Below, one piece after another: positions 1-8,358 of a stretch of DNA of 64,000 bases (position 1 is the stretch's first letter; every line of letters starts with the position of its first letter). The DNA lies in the IMG/VR virus record IMGVR_UViG_3300044878_000136, positions 189,232 to 253,231 of that record; one strand, written 5' to 3'. This stretch comes from a virus. Taxonomy: Duplodnaviria; Heunggongvirae; Uroviricota; Caudoviricetes. Position numbers and translations under genes: made by a program. The notes beneath the pieces were generated by a model, which was not told the origin of the DNA, did no database searches, and saw only the letters and a program-made list of their open reading frames with translations.

Positions 1-1
1 C

Positions 2-226
2 CAGATGCTTACAGACGCGACCGATATGCACAGCCAGGATGAGGCCGTAATCGCCACCTGTATCACCCAGTAGTTCCCCAACCACTTCTGGTGGAATGTT
101 AGCTCCGCCACCGTATTTCTTGACCGCCTTTGCTAGCCTCCTGTCGAACATCTTCTCAGATATACGAGATGACAGGTGTTCCACTCGAATTCGAACGTAT
201 AAAGCCAAGCGTTGCAATAGCTGCAT
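2..226 (-). CDS. hypothetical protein, N-terminal part (runs off the window start)
   Basis: Read by hand: GGAG SD, then ATG at 226, frame open to the window edge (MQLLQRLALYVRIRVEH...). Not in the ORF track. Confidence 0.55.
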   Translation of the reverse strand, partial: MQLLQRLALYVRIRVEHLSSRISEKMFDRRLAKAVKKYGGGANIPPEVVGELLGDTGGDYGLILAVHIGRVCKHL

Positions 227-237
227 AAAGACTCCTC

Positions 238-270
238 ACATTACCGTAGTGGTTTGCACTACGGTAATGT
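238..270 (-). terminator. 13-bp perfect hairpin downstream of the 285..1334 gene
   Basis: ACATTACCGTAGT-ggtttgc-ACTACGGTAATGT. Confidence 0.6.
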
Positions 271-287
271 ATTGCTCAAGAATATTA
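265..287 (-). promoter_or_regulatory. degenerate copy of the phage promoter motif
   Basis: The minus strand reads TAATATTCTTGAGCAATACATTA, resembling the five better copies, about 40 nt upstream of the ATG at 226. Confidence 0.4.
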
Positions 288-1334
288 CTCGGACTTCAAG
301 ACCGAGGTTGCCTCGATCAAGTGAATCATGGCCACGGTCACCGCGTGAGCACTTCGCTCCATGGCAGTGGAATCGTAACCGCGTACTTCGCCAGCAAACG
401 GGAACAGGTTAAGCATTGGACCCCACGCAGAGGACTGGCCTGGGAAGTGATGATCCCACCACTTGATCTCGTCAGTATCGTCGAGAGTCCAGTAGCCGTC
501 ATCCATCCCCTCGTCGACACCCATGAAGAGCTTGCCGGTGAGGGAGATCAGTTTGTCCAACTGGGCTTGAGTTGGATACTCGCACACGACGTGTTGTGGA
601 GAACCCATCTGCATGACGTGACTCATACCGCCATGCGGACCGGTGGTCAGTTCGAAGTCAGCCAATGGCAGCTCAGGTTTCTTCGGAGAGCTGTTGTTGA
701 TGTTGCGCATCTGCGCTTCAGCGTAGGCCCGTGCTTCCATGGGTTGCAAGGTCTCGCACTTCTTGTAGACCTTCTCGCACTTCTTGCAGTACTCGACGAC
801 GTCCTTCTGCATCTTGAACGTAGTCCGGATGTAGTCATCCAGGTTCTTGATCAGACCATTCCAGAACGGACCGGAGACTGGCTTCATGCGCAGCTTGGTA
901 GCCAGAGCACTGAAGTCAGCCGTACCTTCTTTAGGCTTGCGGCTGGATTCCGGGGAGTGGCTGAAGAGCATGTCGTAGTTCGGCTTGTCTTCAGTCTTGC
1001 TCGAACCACTTGGTCCAGTTGGCTTACGGCCAAGTGCAGCATTGAACATCGACTTGAACTTGTCGGTCAAAGACTCGAACGACGGGTGGACTTGTTGGTC
1101 GACGATGAGCTCGATGAATTCTGGGTTGTACCAGACATCACGAGATTCCATCGAATGACCACCGGCGCGGTCAGGAAGTTTATCGGCCCAGTGTTTGTCC
1201 TTGGCGATGTGTTCCTCGTCCTGCTCCAGGATATCGCGTGCGACGTCCTGACTCATCTTGCGCGATTTAGCAAACTCGCTATCTGCCACGACCTTAATAA
1301 GGAACGCGCGCTGGGCCTTACTCTTCGATGCCAT
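285..1334 (-). CDS. hypothetical protein (349 aa)
   Basis: ATG-started ORF with genome-typical codon usage. The N-terminus MASKSKAQRAF...EFAK resembles a short motif common in phage proteins. Confidence 0.75.
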   Translation of the reverse strand: MASKSKAQRAFLIKVVADSEFAKSRKMSQDVARDILEQDEEHIAKDKHWADKLPDRAGGHSMESRDVWYNPEFIELIVDQQVHPSFESLTDKFKSMFNAALGRKPTGPSGSSKTEDKPNYDMLFSHSPESSRKPKEGTADFSALATKLRMKPVSGPFWNGLIKNLDDYIRTTFKMQKDVVEYCKKCEKVYKKCETLQPMEARAYAEAQMRNINNSSPKKPELPLADFELTTGPHGGMSHVMQMGSPQHVVCEYPTQAQLDKLISLTGKLFMGVDEGMDDGYWTLDDTDEIKWWDHHFPGQSSAWGPMLNLFPFAGEVRGYDSTAMERSAHAVTVAMIHLIEATSVLKSE

Positions 1335-1409
1335 TTGTTATTCGCCTATGGTTTTGAATGCCTACCCCGATGGAGGGTCCATAGAATCGACAGCACAAAA
1401 AAAGAAACA

Positions 1410-1439
1410 GATACTGCGGAGCGTGAGCCCCGCAGTATC
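1410..1439 (-). terminator. intrinsic terminator
   Basis: GATACTGCGG/CCGCAGTATC stem, followed on the minus strand by TGTTTCTTTTTTT, just after the 1454..2173 stop. Confidence 0.75.
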
Positions 1440-1453
1440 CACTCCCTTACCAG

Positions 1454-2173
1454 TTACTCCTGATGGTCGTCGCGAGAGATCAAGTCCAATTTAGGGAACT
1501 CATCACGGAGCTCCGCAAACGTTTTGACTTCAAACTTCGGACGGCGATCAGTCAGGCCGTACTCGACAAAGAACGGCCAGCGGGTCATGAACGCTTCATC
1601 GAGGTCAGCATTCAGCTGCTCGATGTTCCCCGGTAGCAGCAGGCCCGTGTGGGTAGCCGCTTTCGGAGAGTCCATCACCCAGATCCCGGACCCTTGGTTA
1701 TTGGACCACTTGCCGTACAAGCCGATGTGGTGACGCAGCGCAGGTTGATTGCGGTTGCGATAGGCCGTCACGGTGGCGAGCGGACCCAAGAACATTTTAC
1801 AGAACACCCGCTGTCCGTCAGCCGAGAGCTCACCCATTTCGACGAACTGTTCCTTATCCAGATGCCAGGCAGGCAACAGGCCAGCCACCTTAACCGCCTC
1901 TGTCATCGGGATACCCAGACCGAAGTAGAACTCCGACAGGGCCGTTTGGAACTCTGGGGCGTTTCGGTGTGCACGAAGAACGCCCCAGTTGATTTCGCCG
2001 GTGTACTCAGGGTTCAGTCGAACGTAGATAAATCCAGTCGACAGCGCCATGATGTCTGGGTTCAATACCCGGCAGACTTGATGCGGGATTTCGGTCAAGC
2101 TGTTGATTGCGTGCGGGGACGTAACCAGTTCTACTTCGTAGCAGCCTTCGCGGAAAACGTTCAGTTGAGTCAT
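1454..2173 (-). CDS. hypothetical protein (239 aa)
   Basis: ATG with upstream GGAG, own promoter motif and terminator; no recognisable domain. Confidence 0.8.
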   Translation of the reverse strand: MTQLNVFREGCYEVELVTSPHAINSLTEIPHQVCRVLNPDIMALSTGFIYVRLNPEYTGEINWGVLRAHRNAPEFQTALSEFYFGLGIPMTEAVKVAGLLPAWHLDKEQFVEMGELSADGQRVFCKMFLGPLATVTAYRNRNQPALRHHIGLYGKWSNNQGSGIWVMDSPKAATHTGLLLPGNIEQLNADLDEAFMTRWPFFVEYGLTDRRPKFEVKTFAELRDEFPKLDLISRDDHQE

Positions 2174-2265
2174 TGCATTACTCCATTAACTATCCGTACT
2201 TTCTGTGGTGAAAGTGGAATCGTGTTTAGGTAGATAGACGAACCGGGATTGATTCATCTATACAG

Positions 2266-2288
2266 TAATGTAGGCCTGTAAGATTTTA
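2266..2288 (-). promoter_or_regulatory. phage promoter motif TAAAATCTTACAGGCCTACATTA
   Basis: Near-identical to the copy at 51080-51102; intergenic, upstream of a minus-strand gene. Confidence 0.75.
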
Positions 2289-2290
2289 CA

Positions 2291-3415
2291 TCAAGCGGGC
2301 GAACGACTCTCGTCGATGCAATGGATCACGTAGTCCGAGATGGACGATACGGCGTAATCGCGAGGTACGCCAGCAATGCCGTATTGGTTGCAGTATTCGC
2401 AGATACCCCAACGACCGTCTTCGGTGAAAAACAGATCCACCGACTGCATTGGACCGATCACTTCTTCCAGCAGCTTCTCGAACACCTGGAGCTCTTGCTC
2501 GTCACCGAACATTTCGAGCAGGTCGTTCTTGTAGATCTGTTCGATGTTCTCGAGCAGAGGCGTGGCGCTGGTGGCTTGCTTGTACACGTCACCGATACGC
2601 GAGCGGACGCAGGCAAAGCCGATGTCACTGACGTGGTTGGTGAGGATGCGCACTTCGGTCTTGATGTTGTCCACGTAACGCTGGAAGGTGAAGTTACCTT
2701 CTTCCTTGACCTTCTGGGACTCTTCATCATCCCAAGCCTGGCCGTGCGACAGATGGGCGTGAGGAGCGTACTTCTCAGCCATGTCAGCGATGCTGGTCTT
2801 GCCGTACAGGTCACGCAGGAACGGACCCACGGACACCTTGTCGAAGTCCACCACGAAGTGACACAGGCCGCGAGCGCCGTCTTCTGGTTTGACCACGATC
2901 TTGCCGGTCAGCTCAGTACCCAGGTATGACGGATGGTAGGTGTCGCCGAAGTTGCTGCCGTAGGTCGGAACGATCAGTGCCTTGACGGTCTTGGCTTCAC
3001 GCAGGAATTGGTTGATCGCAATCGCTTGACGGGTCTTGCTAAGACGCTTGGTCAGGAATAGACGATCTTGAGGGACGATACCTTTCCACTTCTCATCACC
3101 GGTGATCAGGACGTCGAAGTTGAAGCACGGCAGACCTTCTTGCATGACCCACTTCGGATCGTTGTGCACGCTGACGTCGTACCAGGCGCTCTGGAAGCGC
3201 GGCGGGATCATGTTGAACTGATTGATCGAGTGCGGCTCATCGATACACACGACGACGTGGTTGTTGGACATCACGGCACGATGATCACCATCCTTGATAC
3301 CGCAGAAGTTAACGCGGGGCAGGGCATTCTTGATCGATTCAGCAGCTTCAGACATTTGTTGTTCATTCCAGAGGGGTGGAGGGATTTGGATGGAGGCGCA
3401 ATACGGTTGAGTCAT
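2291..3415 (-). CDS. ATP-grasp fold protein (putative amide/peptide ligase)
   Basis: IVVKPEDGARG, FQRYV, EVRIL and SVDLF...GICEYCNQYG match the ATP-grasp motif order (K-P-x-x-G, QxY, ExR, D...ExN). Confidence 0.7.
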   Translation of the reverse strand: MTQPYCASIQIPPPLWNEQQMSEAAESIKNALPRVNFCGIKDGDHRAVMSNNHVVVCIDEPHSINQFNMIPPRFQSAWYDVSVHNDPKWVMQEGLPCFNFDVLITGDEKWKGIVPQDRLFLTKRLSKTRQAIAINQFLREAKTVKALIVPTYGSNFGDTYHPSYLGTELTGKIVVKPEDGARGLCHFVVDFDKVSVGPFLRDLYGKTSIADMAEKYAPHAHLSHGQAWDDEESQKVKEEGNFTFQRYVDNIKTEVRILTNHVSDIGFACVRSRIGDVYKQATSATPLLENIEQIYKNDLLEMFGDEQELQVFEKLLEEVIGPMQSVDLFFTEDGRWGICEYCNQYGIAGVPRDYAVSSISDYVIHCIDESRSPA

Positions 3416-3444
3416 CGGGACTATCCATGTGAATTTACAGCACA

Positions 3445-3466
3445 GACGGAGGTGTTACCCTCCGTC
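3445..3466 (-). terminator. hairpin between the GNAT and ATP-grasp genes
   Basis: GACGGAGG-tgttac-CCTCCGTC immediately after the GNAT stop. Confidence 0.55.
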
Positions 3467-3471
3467 GATGT

Positions 3472-3900
3472 TTACCAGGTGATAGACTTCATTACACGCT
3501 TCTCATACTGGAGGTATTGCTCATCGCCCTTACGGTAGACTTTCCCCGTTTGGACGAACCCAGCAGCAGAGAACGACTTTCGACTCGGGATATTCGTAGG
3601 GTCGATATAAGCTCGGCCGTTCCGACTCTCGAAGAAAGATTTGATAAACGTTGTTGCAACACCTTTACCGCGTTGGGAGGAATCCACGTAGATCGGACCC
3701 ACCCGGTAGAAACCGTGCTCCAAGCGAGGCATCGCAAAGCCAATCAACTTCGTACCGTCCATGATCAGAATCATCTGGTCGGTCTTGCGCTGATATACGA
3801 TGTCACCTAGGTACTGGTCGTGGCTAGCGTCTGCCAACATCTTCTTCAAGGCTGGCGTGTCGTGGGTGTACTTCTCGTAGGTGATAATTTCAGACTCCAA
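3472..3900 (-). CDS. GNAT-family acetyltransferase
   Basis: IYVDSSQRGKGVA (acetyl-CoA motif A) and N..S..SF...GF (motif B). The start is uncertain: TTG at 3900 or ATG at 3840. Confidence 0.8.
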   Translation of the reverse strand: MESEIITYEKYTHDTPALKKMLADASHDQYLGDIVYQRKTDQMILIMDGTKLIGFAMPRLEHGFYRVGPIYVDSSQRGKGVATTFIKSFFESRNGRAYIDPTNIPSRKSFSAAGFVQTGKVYRKGDEQYLQYEKRVMKSITW

Positions 3901-4673
3901 TCATAGACATTGACTTGGATGCCGGAATTAGCGAAGACTTCCTCGAGGATGGGGCGGACATCTGCAAAGTAGTCAAGACCACCCGTATGTTCGCCACACC
4001 CAACCCGTGGTAGATGACACTCGGTAATCCCATGAGCGTCCAGGTAGTTTCGTAAACGGACCGCACTACGATGCACCAACCGCGGACAGGAAGGGTTCTT
4101 CCAGAAATACTTGGTAGGGAACAGAGCCACCTTAAAGGCTTCCTCTTCGACTACTTCCATATCCCCGGTGTTGATCTTACCTGTGTTGCAGAGGCGCATG
4201 TAACGGCCCAGTGCTGTCTTGTACATGGTCCGCATATACAGGGCAAGACCTTTGCCATGCACACCGACCGTGTTAACTGGAATTGCTATGACAGACCCTT
4301 TGGGAGCGAGCTTCAACATACTCCCAGTAATGTCATTGATCACGGCAGGCCTCCCTCTACAATCCAAACACACTGCCTGGGTCCTAGCCCCGTGTACTTC
4401 GGGTTCAAGGACTCCCTCACAGAATGGGCATTCGGTTGGTAGAGGAGGGGTAATTCTGTCTTCCATGTCGTTGGTCTCAACGAGGCTATTAATAGCCCAC
4501 GTCTTTTCATCGAAGTCCACCACGTCACGTTCATCAAGAGCGAGGTTCTGATAACGATACGTGTTGAGGTAGATCGTGTGGTATTCGGCGTGTTTGTTCA
4601 TTAACGTTACGACTGCACGTAGGATGCCAGACGCAGTAAGATTGAAGCGGATATTCTGGACCGTAGCGAGCAT
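3846..4673 (-). CDS. zinc-ribbon plus macrodomain protein (DarG/Poa1p-like ADP-ribosyl hydrolase)
   Basis: CPFC..CLDC, followed by IAIPVNTVGVHGKGLA, FPTKYFWK and LPRVGCG..GGL, the characteristic DarG/Poa1p macrodomain motifs. Confidence 0.8.
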   Translation of the reverse strand: MLATVQNIRFNLTASGILRAVVTLMNKHAEYHTIYLNTYRYQNLALDERDVVDFDEKTWAINSLVETNDMEDRITPPLPTECPFCEGVLEPEVHGARTQAVCLDCRGRPAVINDITGSMLKLAPKGSVIAIPVNTVGVHGKGLALYMRTMYKTALGRYMRLCNTGKINTGDMEVVEEEAFKVALFPTKYFWKNPSCPRLVHRSAVRLRNYLDAHGITECHLPRVGCGEHTGGLDYFADVRPILEEVFANSGIQVNVYDWSLKLSPTRSTPTTRQP

Positions 4674-4786
4674 GTTCGTCTCGTTTTCGTGCTAAGTTCA
4701 TATCCTCCCGAACACCTGTAACGAAATATATGAATCAACCTCCTTTTGTATGGGGGTTCAATCACCACAACCCGAGTGACCAAACA

Positions 4787-5935
4787 ATGAGTGAGTTCGG
4801 CGAAGCAATTAAAGACATGATGATTGAGGCGGAGATCAAAGATCTGCCTAAAGATGTAGTGGAGCATTTCGAGGAAGAAGCCAAGGTCATCGGCGCCGAC
4901 ATCGACAAAGACTTCAACCTGGGCGTTACTGCCGAGAAGTTGGGCAAGGTCGGTGAGTCCATGGAAGCCTTCATGGCAAACTTCCTGGACAGCGTCTCCA
5001 ACGAATCCTGGGACATCCGCACCGCGCGTCAGTTCGACATGGGTATGCAAACCATCCTCGGCGTTGCCGGGCTTGATGCAGCCACTGTAGGCTTCGAAGA
5101 ATCCTTCGAAGACGCTGGCAAGTTCATGGGTAAGGAAGAGCAGAAAGAACACGCCGAGAAAGGCGGTGAAGGCGTTCTGCGTAAGATCTGGGGTTTCCTG
5201 GTCAACGCACTCAAGAAGCTGGTTGCCGGTATCACCGGTTTCTTCTCTGCGCTCGAGCGTATGGCCACTTCGATCGAGAAGATCGGTAAGGACCTCGGCA
5301 CGCTGGTTAAAGGTCGCAGCTTCCGCACTGGCGAAGTGAAGGGCTCTTGGGCTCGTTACCTGTTCGACGGCGGCAAGACCTACAGCGGTTCCGAAGCGAT
5401 CAGCAAAACCCAACAACTGCTTCAGTCCGTTACTGGCGCGTGGAGCAAGGACACTGCGGCTGCTCTCGCTTCGGCGAAGAATGGCGGCAGCAAGCCTAAG
5501 CTGGGTCTGATCTCCGGTCTGCACTGGCCTATTACCTGGCCGGGTGGCGTGGTCATGAAACTCGAAGGCGGTGGTGACGATCTGTCCGCTGCCAAGTTCT
5601 CCGTCTCCAAAGGCGAAGGTTCCAAGTCCAGTGCTGACGCGCTGACTCGTATCGAAGCCGATGCCCTGGTGAAGGTCATCATCGGTTCTGCGGGCACTGT
5701 CCGTAACCTGCGTACCGCCCTGAAGAAGGACGTGGACCAGTACTCGGCAATGGCCAACCAATTGGCAACCGCGCAGAACTTCAAACGTGGTGGTGACATG
5801 ACTACCGGTCGTGTTGCGGCAGCCCTGACCAACAAGGCTAACACCGTCAACAAAGCCTGCGCACAGGTAATGTTGGACAACGTCCGCTGCGCTGTGGCGC
5901 ACATCAAAGCAAGTTTCGGGGGTAGTGCAGAATGA
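4787..5935 (+). CDS. head/inner-body protein paralog (phiKZ gp93/gp162-like family)
   Basis: Acidic N-terminal segment ending in ESFED, then an amphipathic LRKIWGFL helix, as in 17301..18635. The track starts it at 4730; ATG 4787 is preferred. Confidence 0.6.
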   Translation: MSEFGEAIKDMMIEAEIKDLPKDVVEHFEEEAKVIGADIDKDFNLGVTAEKLGKVGESMEAFMANFLDSVSNESWDIRTARQFDMGMQTILGVAGLDAATVGFEESFEDAGKFMGKEEQKEHAEKGGEGVLRKIWGFLVNALKKLVAGITGFFSALERMATSIEKIGKDLGTLVKGRSFRTGEVKGSWARYLFDGGKTYSGSEAISKTQQLLQSVTGAWSKDTAAALASAKNGGSKPKLGLISGLHWPITWPGGVVMKLEGGGDDLSAAKFSVSKGEGSKSSADALTRIEADALVKVIIGSAGTVRNLRTALKKDVDQYSAMANQLATAQNFKRGGDMTTGRVAAALTNKANTVNKACAQVMLDNVRCAVAHIKASFGGSAE

Positions 5936-7374
5936 GCACCATTTTCAACCAACTCGTAGCCAGAAACTTGGCTAACCTGTCCACTGAATCGGTTGAAGTC
6001 GAGAAGGTGGCTGGTGAAGGTCCTAAGGGCGCTGATCTGGTCGGTGCCAAGAACACCGACCTGCCAAAGACCAAGGACAATGCCGACGAGGGCAACAACA
6101 AGGTCATCGATCTCGTTGATGCGAAGAACACTGACTTGCCGAAGACTGCGAACAACGCAGACGAAGGTAACGATGAGGTTCACGACCTTGTTGAAGGCAT
6201 GATGTCCGAAAGCAAGAAGATGGAAGAGAAGCAGAAGGAGTTCGAGGAAGGTGGTCGCGTCCACGCTTCCATGGAATCCCTGCTGATGGGCACCCTGAAC
6301 ACCTACGGCGCCAACGGCATGAGCGAACAAGCTCTGGCCCTCTACTCCATCTCGGTTGAGTCGGCTCTGCGCGTAGCTGGCCTGGACAACCTACCGCTGT
6401 CGGTCATCGTCCCATCGTTCGAAGCGGCTGACACCCAGCTGGCTGTCGTCGACAAGGTCGAGAAGAAAGGCCAGGGTATCCTCAAGACCATCATCAGCTG
6501 GGTGGTCAAGGCGTTCAAGTACATCGGTCAAGCACTGACCAAGTTCGCCGCCCTCTTCAAGGCTAACAAGAAGAAGGTTGCTGATCGTGCCGGTCGTCTG
6601 ATCGCCATGGTCAAAGGTCAGAAGCCTACCGAGGCAGCAACTGCGGCCAAGGACGACACCAAGGCCATCGGTCAGGACAAGACTTCCGACTCCAAGGAAG
6701 TGGCACTCGTCTCCGAAATCAAGGTGAGCGACACCGAAGCGAAGATCATGTCTCGCGACGGCACCATCACCACCATGGAAGAGGCTGCCAAGTCTGCTGC
6801 CGAGAACTACAACAAGGCCATGCGCGCTTGGGGTACTTCGTTCGACGTGCTGATCAACATGCCTGCCGTATCGGTTAACACCGACGCTGGCGAGAACCTG
6901 AAGAAGCTGACCACCAGCATCGCTTCCAAGGCTGGTAAGGGCTTCAAAGAAGACCTGAACGTCAACGAAGAGCTCGTGGTTACTCCAGGTAAGGACAGCA
7001 CTTACCCAATGATCGGCGCTGATGTCAAAGTCATCCCGATGCACGAAGCCAAAGCAGCCGACATCAAAGTGCCTAGCAAGGACGCGTTGGTCAAGCTGCT
7101 GGAAACCATCCAGGAAGAGCTCAACTCTCAGAGTCAAGCTGAGCAGGGTCTGAATGGCGCCATCGCCCACGTCAACAAGTCGGCCGCTGAATACGAAAAG
7201 ATCTCCGGCGAAGTCAAGAACTCCGAAGGTCTGGACGTAACCAAGGCCACCAGCAACCTGATGTCCGCTACCTCGATCTTCTCTCGCGGTATCGCATTGG
7301 CTGGTACCAGCTACGTGACTACCCTCAACACCATCCTGAACGTTGTTCAGCGTAGTGTTGACCACGCCGCGTAA
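5932..7374 (+). CDS. head/inner-body protein paralog
   Basis: LSTES, ASMES and PSFEA processing-like motifs; ATGA overlap with the upstream gene. Confidence 0.6.
   Translation: MSTIFNQLVARNLANLSTESVEVEKVAGEGPKGADLVGAKNTDLPKTKDNADEGNNKVIDLVDAKNTDLPKTANNADEGNDEVHDLVEGMMSESKKMEEKQKEFEEGGRVHASMESLLMGTLNTYGANGMSEQALALYSISVESALRVAGLDNLPLSVIVPSFEAADTQLAVVDKVEKKGQGILKTIISWVVKAFKYIGQALTKFAALFKANKKKVADRAGRLIAMVKGQKPTEAATAAKDDTKAIGQDKTSDSKEVALVSEIKVSDTEAKIMSRDGTITTMEEAAKSAAENYNKAMRAWGTSFDVLINMPAVSVNTDAGENLKKLTTSIASKAGKGFKEDLNVNEELVVTPGKDSTYPMIGADVKVIPMHEAKAADIKVPSKDALVKLLETIQEELNSQSQAEQGLNGAIAHVNKSAAEYEKISGEVKNSEGLDVTKATSNLMSATSIFSRGIALAGTSYVTTLNTILNVVQRSVDHAA
6034..6183 (+). repeat. two tandem 75-bp (25-aa) repeats
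   Basis: DLVGAKNTDLPKTKDNADEGNNKVI / DLVDAKNTDLPKTANNADEGNDEVH. Confidence 0.9.
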
Positions 7375-7388
7375 CAAAAAAAGAAAGC

Positions 7389-7422
7389 GCATAGAGCCGG
7401 GGAGTGATCCCCGGCTCTATGC
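7389..7422. terminator. bidirectional terminator, GCATA...TATGC class
   Basis: Perfect 15-bp stem GCATAGAGCCGGGGA-GTGA-TCCCCGGCTCTATGC between convergent genes. Confidence 0.85.
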
Positions 7423-7424
7423 TG

Positions 7425-7865
7425 TTAACGTAGTTCCATACGCTGGATGACGTTAGCCATATTGATCTCGCGAGTGACGTTGAGACCGGTAGCGGGATTG
7501 ACCACAGAGATCATGATCTCACCCGAGATAACACCACGCTTGACAAAGGTCTCCAACGTTAAGTCGAAGATCTCGTCCACGGTGTACTCGTAGTCCGGTT
7601 CCATCTTCACTGCGATTTCATACTCGTAGCCCTCGCGCCACGCTTTGCCGAGTACGGTCTCGATCTTGGCGTGAACCACTTCTTCGTTGATGATGTCAAA
7701 CGCATCAGCCGACTTGGAGAGTGGGAGGAGGGTAGCCTTACGCACAGCGCCTGGGGCACGATCAGCCAATCGCTTCGCTGTTTCACGCACCGCTTCGTTG
7801 GTACCGTGGATCACCGCAGCCAAGCCGAGGGTCACCATGTAGTTTTCACGTACTTGGGTTTGCAT
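7425..7865 (-). CDS. hypothetical protein (146 aa)
   Basis: Overlapping run of minus-strand ORFs with typical codon usage. Confidence 0.7.
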   Translation of the reverse strand: MQTQVRENYMVTLGLAAVIHGTNEAVRETAKRLADRAPGAVRKATLLPLSKSADAFDIINEEVVHAKIETVLGKAWREGYEYEIAVKMEPDYEYTVDEIFDLTLETFVKRGVISGEIMISVVNPATGLNVTREINMANVIQRMELR

Positions 7866-8358
7866 CGTCTGACTTCCTTACTTTGTAACTGTTGTCGAGG
7901 GTAACGCGGATCGTGTCCTGGTTACGGGACATGTGGTGCAGTGGCGTACGATCCCATGGTGTCGGTGGGATTACTGCGTGGTTGTAGAAGTCACCCTTCT
8001 TCAAACCACCGGTGAAGTACGGCGATAGGAACGAAGGGATGATCTCACAGATCGGCCGCGACTTACCTTCGGACCGTCCGATCTGGTAATGGCTGAAGTC
8101 AACGCCGGGGAGGGGATTGAAGTTCTTGACCAGATGAGGCTCCATGTCAATGCGTGGACCATCGGACATGATCACCAGAGCCTTAGCCCATTCGTTCAAC
8201 TCGGAGAGCTGGTGTTGGATTTCAGGATCGTCGGAGGCGATGAACCGATCCATGTCGACCTTGGTGCCGAAGTCTTCTTGACCTTCGACGAGGAACTTAC
8301 GCAAGGCGGCAATGTCACGATACTTTGGGTGTGTTTTGATACTAACTACTTTACTCAT
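7846..8358 (-). CDS. hypothetical protein (170 aa)
   Basis: GGAG SD before the ATG; overlaps both neighbours. Confidence 0.75.
   Translation of the reverse strand: MSKVVSIKTHPKYRDIAALRKFLVEGQEDFGTKVDMDRFIASDDPEIQHQLSELNEWAKALVIMSDGPRIDMEPHLVKNFNPLPGVDFSHYQIGRSEGKSRPICEIIPSFLSPYFTGGLKKGDFYNHAVIPPTPWDRTPLHHMSRNQDTIRVTLDNSYKVRKSDDANPST

Noticed and set aside
1340-4790. Graspetide (RiPP) precursor peptide beside the ATP-grasp and GNAT genes
   Set aside because: The intergenic gaps are short and I found no small ORF with a leader or TxxxxDxD-like core, so a RiPP cluster is not supported.
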